Positions 60,101 to 64,000 of a stretch of 64,000 nucleotides of DNA are shown here, one piece after another. Origin of the DNA: Chthonomonadales bacterium (GTDB lineage Bacteria > Armatimonadota > Chthonomonadetes > Chthonomonadales > CAJBBX01); contig JBBIPC010000008.1 of the NCBI GenBank assembly GCA_037443035.1, forward strand, positions 64,001-128,000, read 5' to 3'. Within the stretch, counting starts at the first letter, position 1. Each line of letters starts with the position of its first letter. The translations under genes were made by a program, and so were the position numbers. The notes beneath the pieces are model-generated. The model had not been told where the DNA came from, did not search any database, and worked only from the letters and a program-made list of their open reading frames with translations.

Positions 60101-62172
60101 GTGGCCGGGTCTATCTCAGGGACTTCGTCGCGATAGTCTATGTGGTAGGCTGCTACGCGCGTGACGGCATTGCCGCCATAGGCAGTGAGCGGCGCTACGC
60201 CCCGGAACTCGAAAACGTTTTTCTCCTTGGTCCTGGGGTCATCGTAGACGGCCTGGATCATGTTCCCACGGACACCCATGTAGCTCTTGGTGCGGTTGCG
60301 TATGACCGCGATGGATCCCGCCAGGAGTGGGTCCGCGTAAGCGATGAAACTCCGGCGCGGGTTGTAGAGGTTCAAACGACCGCGCACCGTGGCGAATCCG
60401 CCCTGCAACGCCATGCGAGACCACTTGGAGGGATCCGTGATAGGCATCCGTTGAGCGTTCACGTCACCCGGCTCGTTGGTGTCGCGGGTGATATGGTAGA
60501 AGAGGCACGCCAGGAGTTTGGTCTGGAACGCTACATTGGCGACGTTGACATTATCAGCTGTGTCGAAGGGGGTGTCCACGAGTGCTCTGGCGTCATCCAC
60601 CGAGGCGAACGTAACTCCGTTCCCCTGGGCCATGGTGACGACCTCGGAGTCGAATGCAGGCTTGCCCGGAATGTGGTTGCGCCAGTTCTTTCCGTCCACC
60701 GGGTTCACGCCGTCGGCGAACACCTTCTTCGAGTCGAAGCCTAATGTGTTGCCGATCTTCTCCGCATTCTCACGGCAGACGCGTGCGATGTCCGAGAACC
60801 GCCCCTGAATGTCCTCGCGGAAATCGTAGAACCATCCCTTGTAGAAGATCCCGACGCCACGAGTCTGACTGCTGAGATCGAGGCCTGCCCAGAGATAGAT
60901 GGTGTCGCGCTTCCTCAGGGGCTTGTCGCGCGGCTGCATGTAGAAGAGCACGTTCAAGACCACCATGACGAGCACGAACACTCCGAGCACCCAAGACCCC
61001 GCATTCAACCGCCGTCCGGTAGCAGGATCCGGATGGAGCACACGCGACACGAGCCAGAGCGTCAGAAGGATCAACAGGCCGGTGAGCCACACTGCGTTCT
61101 TCGGCGCATTCTCCTTCGCAACCGCCTTCTCGGCCAGGCTAGGCGGTTCCCACTCGTCAATGTGGTTGTTCAGGAACTCCCGGATGCCCTGGAGGGCCTG
61201 AAAGTGGGCGCTGGTCGCGACGAAATACATCGTTCGCTTTGGCGGGTTGGCCCTGAAGATACGCGCCAGTTCGAGGAGGCCAGCAATGCCACAGGCCGAC
61301 TCGGCACCCGGCGCGAGCGACGGAACGACGGAGATGGAATCGAAATAGCCCTGCACCACAATGATCTGGTCGCGCTGCTTGGGGTCCGTACCCGTGATCT
61401 TGCCGAACACGCAACTGGAGTCGCGGGTCTCCCAGGGCATGTCGCACCGGAGAGTACACTGTGGAGCGTCCTCGCCGGCTGTCGTGGCCAGGATTTCTGG
61501 TGCGTCCTTGCGGTCGAGCCAGAAGCGGGGGATCGAGATGGGAATGGAGATGAACTTGGCCTCGGCCTCACCTCGCATCGTTGTATCGGCGCCTACGAAT
61601 ACGACTGCCTTCGCGCCCAGCCGCGGTGCATTGAGCCACTCCGCACGGCTGTTGAAGTCAACGAGGACGATGGATCCTTCTACCTGCTTACCGTTGAAGT
61701 TACCGAGCCGCCCATCGCCGACGTAGATGAGCTTGCCTGAAAGACCGTTCGGCGGCAGTTGCGATGTGCTGACAAGGTTGGGCCACAGCGGGTAGAGACG
61801 CTTCTTCGTGGCGCCCACTTGGATTTCGGCGCCCTTGTCAATGGGAACGGTGACCCTGAACTTCTCGACCCGGATACTCTCGAGGCCGATCTGACGGAAC
61901 TGCTGCTCGACGTAAGCCGCTGCCTTCGCATCACCCTCGTACCCAGCCACGCGAGAGCCGTAGCCTGCTAGGGTCTGCACAGTCCTCGCGATGTTGTCGG
62001 CGCTTACCATGCCGGCGAGCTTACGGTAGTTGTCCGGATCTTCCGCTGCCCCTTGCGATGCCGTCGCAACCATCAGGCACAAGCAGGAAAGCACCCACAC
62101 TGCGAGGGTGCGCAATGAGACCCGGGTATCAGACATCCGTGCGATCCTTTCCCGATACGGCCGACCAGACAT
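57187..62172 (-). CDS. Giant fusion protein: PA/M28-peptidase-like domain plus MacB/FtsX permease
   Basis: Signal peptide; GSRVAGYEG..AA.YV; YFDSIS...APGA; NMRRRKART.LT; LNTMLGSVFERVREI.IFSSIGL and YPARKAA. Start is 62172 or 62136. Confidence 0.85.
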   Translation of the reverse strand: MSGRPYRERIARMSDTRVSLRTLAVWVLSCLCLMVATASQGAAEDPDNYRKLAGMVSADNIARTVQTLAGYGSRVAGYEGDAKAAAYVEQQFRQIGLESIRVEKFRVTVPIDKGAEIQVGATKKRLYPLWPNLVSTSQLPPNGLSGKLIYVGDGRLGNFNGKQVEGSIVLVDFNSRAEWLNAPRLGAKAVVFVGADTTMRGEAEAKFISIPISIPRFWLDRKDAPEILATTAGEDAPQCTLRCDMPWETRDSSCVFGKITGTDPKQRDQIIVVQGYFDSISVVPSLAPGAESACGIAGLLELARIFRANPPKRTMYFVATSAHFQALQGIREFLNNHIDEWEPPSLAEKAVAKENAPKNAVWLTGLLILLTLWLVSRVLHPDPATGRRLNAGSWVLGVFVLVMVVLNVLFYMQPRDKPLRKRDTIYLWAGLDLSSQTRGVGIFYKGWFYDFREDIQGRFSDIARVCRENAEKIGNTLGFDSKKVFADGVNPVDGKNWRNHIPGKPAFDSEVVTMAQGNGVTFASVDDARALVDTPFDTADNVNVANVAFQTKLLACLFYHITRDTNEPGDVNAQRMPITDPSKWSRMALQGGFATVRGRLNLYNPRRSFIAYADPLLAGSIAVIRNRTKSYMGVRGNMIQAVYDDPRTKEKNVFEFRGVAPLTAYGGNAVTRVAAYHIDYRDEVPEIDPATGKPTGRIVPNPDKGQINYAPDLGVTGAKFMPLDVQVTTARKEVPIILFRCVPTSIYDLVDQQSLRALVSIDVLDGDTNGEPRMFGYAIDPQDPWLVGSYVEDLAVIFSQPGTRLKILMGAGPGATRLLLINPDKERPEGRGYLVGGDPSQAQDAELRGKITLDKFDPAREIAREGAIYHTALHVAHDMWMLNDFRIKRLAKYRIINEGINRLHGLAEKSIRRAEAAQKDLNWERFDAESRAAWGYASRAYPDVQKTAVDVVQGVLFYLALLIPFAYFLERLLFGSYDLKRQLGWAAIFFLAIFGIFSQVHPAFDITMNPVIVLLAFVMGALSCIVIAMIVGKFEEQLKLMNQQASGVHRADIGRVSVALAAFNLGISNMRRRKARTVLTTITLVLLTFTVLSFTSVVQVMRFNQVPAPGRPRYNGLMIRTAMWDQLQEPAYRLLADEYGKDHAVAPRSWFFGTQLGEQSFLTIKRADAQYDAKALVGLTPEEARVTRPQEALIAGRWFRDGDVYAVILPDVIAAALRVEPEDVGKATVSYAGVDYTVIGIFDIQKLKRILDLDSEPLTPVDFILMQKLTQQGRGGGETGFREYTHLEPDAVFFVPYKTATNLGAELRSIAIDFGDAKRVSETLGPLMHRLGLNLYAGRIPSDPNQRPTIERYSSIAATSSKGLELVFFPVLIAALIVLNTMLGSVFERVREIHIFSSIGLAPAHIGMLFMAEAMVYAILGSVAGYLLGQLTTKILVATGAFQGLYLNFSSVSAVMTTMVVVGVVLLSTIYPARKAAEVATPAIDRSWRVPEPEGDEWSIPLPFSVTGDQAKGLNGFLAEWFAAYEEYSIGDFVTQNVETEETEVDLPAPLGQPSPGKGTMYSIRCMTWLAPFDLGVSQRLTIITKPTTMADVFEISVNIHRESGDISNWKRVNRRFLNTLRKQFLIWRTLKQGERERYLKEAQAASQGGTVPVAAPQPAE

Positions 62173-62216
62173 GCCGCCAACCGCGCCTAGCTAGATTGCG
62201 GTAGACCCACGACCGT

Positions 62217-62246
62217 ATCATAACACACGCCTATCACAAAAGGCAA
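62217..62246 (-). promoter_or_regulatory. Sigma70-type promoter of the 8-gene operon
   Basis: Minus strand TTGCCT-N18-TATGAT with an extended -10 TG. Confidence 0.55.
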
Positions 62247-62438
62247 CACGAACACACCTTCGGGGCGGCGCTGGCGCGTTGCCTCGAGGGTCATATTCGC
62301 CAGCTCCACTCCGGCTCCTTCACGACGCCGCGAGGTTCGAAGCTGGATCCGGGCCAACCAGCGGCAGACTACGAAGACACTCTACAGTGTGACACGCAGC
62401 TGCTTCGGCAACTCCCCGAAGAATCTTGCCAGACTCTG

Positions 62439-62468
62439 TTGACAAACCATATCTAGTGGTGTTATTGT
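62439..62468 (+). promoter_or_regulatory. Sigma70 promoter of nrdR-nrdJ
   Basis: TTGACA (62439-62444)-N18-TATTGT (62463-62468) with an extended -10 TG. Confidence 0.7.
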
Positions 62469-62490
62469 TGAAGACCACTAGATATAGTGT
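62444..62490 (+). promoter_or_regulatory. Two tandem NrdR boxes
   Basis: AAACCATATCTAGTGG (62444-62459) and CCACTAGATATAGTGT (62475-62490) match acaCwAtATaTwGtgt, with starts 31 bp apart. Confidence 0.88.
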
Positions 62491-62512
62491 TCCAGCTCGA
62501 GGCGCTCACAGC

Positions 62513-63031
62513 ATGCGGTGTCCCTATTGCGGTTCAACTGAGGACAAGGTCCTGGACTCCCGCGAGTCCCAGTCGGGAGATGCTGTTCGTAGGCGCCGGG
62601 AGTGCAAGAGCTGCGGCCGGCGCTTCACGACCTTCGAGCAGATCGAAGTGCGCGAGCTATATGTCGTCAAGCGAAGCGGTCGCCGCGAACCGTTCATGCG
62701 GGACAAGGTCCTGCAGGGCATGCGGATTGCGTGCAAGGGCCGGCCGGTCAGCACCGAGACCCTGGAGGAAGCGGCGGCCGATATCGAGCGGATGCTGATG
62801 AATAGGCTGGAGCAAGAAGTTCCGTCTCGAGACATTGGTGACATGGTCATGGAGCGTCTGCGGGTCATCGATCAGGTGGCGTATGTCCGTTTCGCGTCGG
62901 TGTATCGCCAGTTCGAGGATGCCACGCAGTTCCGCGAGATCGTCAACAGGTTGAGGAGGTCCCGGGCGGACCAGAGAGGTTCTAGCAGCAGTCCCACAGC
63001 GTCTGCAGGGGAATCTGGGGAAGAGAGATAG
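62513..63031 (+). CDS. nrdR: Transcriptional repressor NrdR
   Basis: MRCPYC, KVLDSR, RRRRECKSC.RRFTTFE, ATP-cone and VAYVRFASVY. Confidence 0.97.
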   Translation: MRCPYCGSTEDKVLDSRESQSGDAVRRRRECKSCGRRFTTFEQIEVRELYVVKRSGRREPFMRDKVLQGMRIACKGRPVSTETLEEAAADIERMLMNRLEQEVPSRDIGDMVMERLRVIDQVAYVRFASVYRQFEDATQFREIVNRLRRSRADQRGSSSSPTASAGESGEER

Positions 63032-63036
63032 AGACA

Positions 63037-64000
<964 letters not shown>

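Overview
A GC-rich bacterial chromosome segment, probably Armatimonadota. That assignment is my inference from the Firmicute-like dcw gene order together with DUF6785-like, H-X9-DG, UroD-like and Tat-Gfo/Idh/MocA paralogues. From left to right: truncated recN; a DUF6785-like polytopic membrane protein; cysE; a VanW/G5 protein; and a dcw cluster (mraZ-rsmH-ftsL-ftsI-murE-mraY-murD-ftsW-murG-murC-ftsQ-DUF881-sbp-ftsA) that lacks murF, murB and ddl and ends in two tandem, diverged ftsZ genes. Next come three GT4-like genes; rpmE-DUF1385-prfA-prmC-ABC ATPase-CPBP-TPR; an orphan CHASE4/PAS histidine kinase; a sugar and corrinoid region (rhamnulokinase, sugar isomerase, RACo-like ASKHA, two UroD/MtaA-like proteins, three Tat-exported Gfo/Idh/MocA, DUF1080, DUF6807); an 11.5 kb, 8-gene minus-strand operon; and nrdR-nrdJ with two NrdR boxes. 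The best candidate for an undescribed system is the 8-gene operon (50719-62172). It encodes a 1.65 kaa fusion of a degenerate M28 peptidase domain with a MacB/FtsX permease, an OPT-like transporter, two leaderless H-X9-DG pilin-like proteins, an internally duplicated protein, a PqqD/RRE-like protein, a mini-FtsX permease and a LolD-like ATPase. The tandem ftsZ pair and active-site substitutions in MraY, MurD and RsmH are the next most notable points. I saw no tRNA, rRNA, CRISPR array or mobile element. All family calls are from motif recognition, not database searches.
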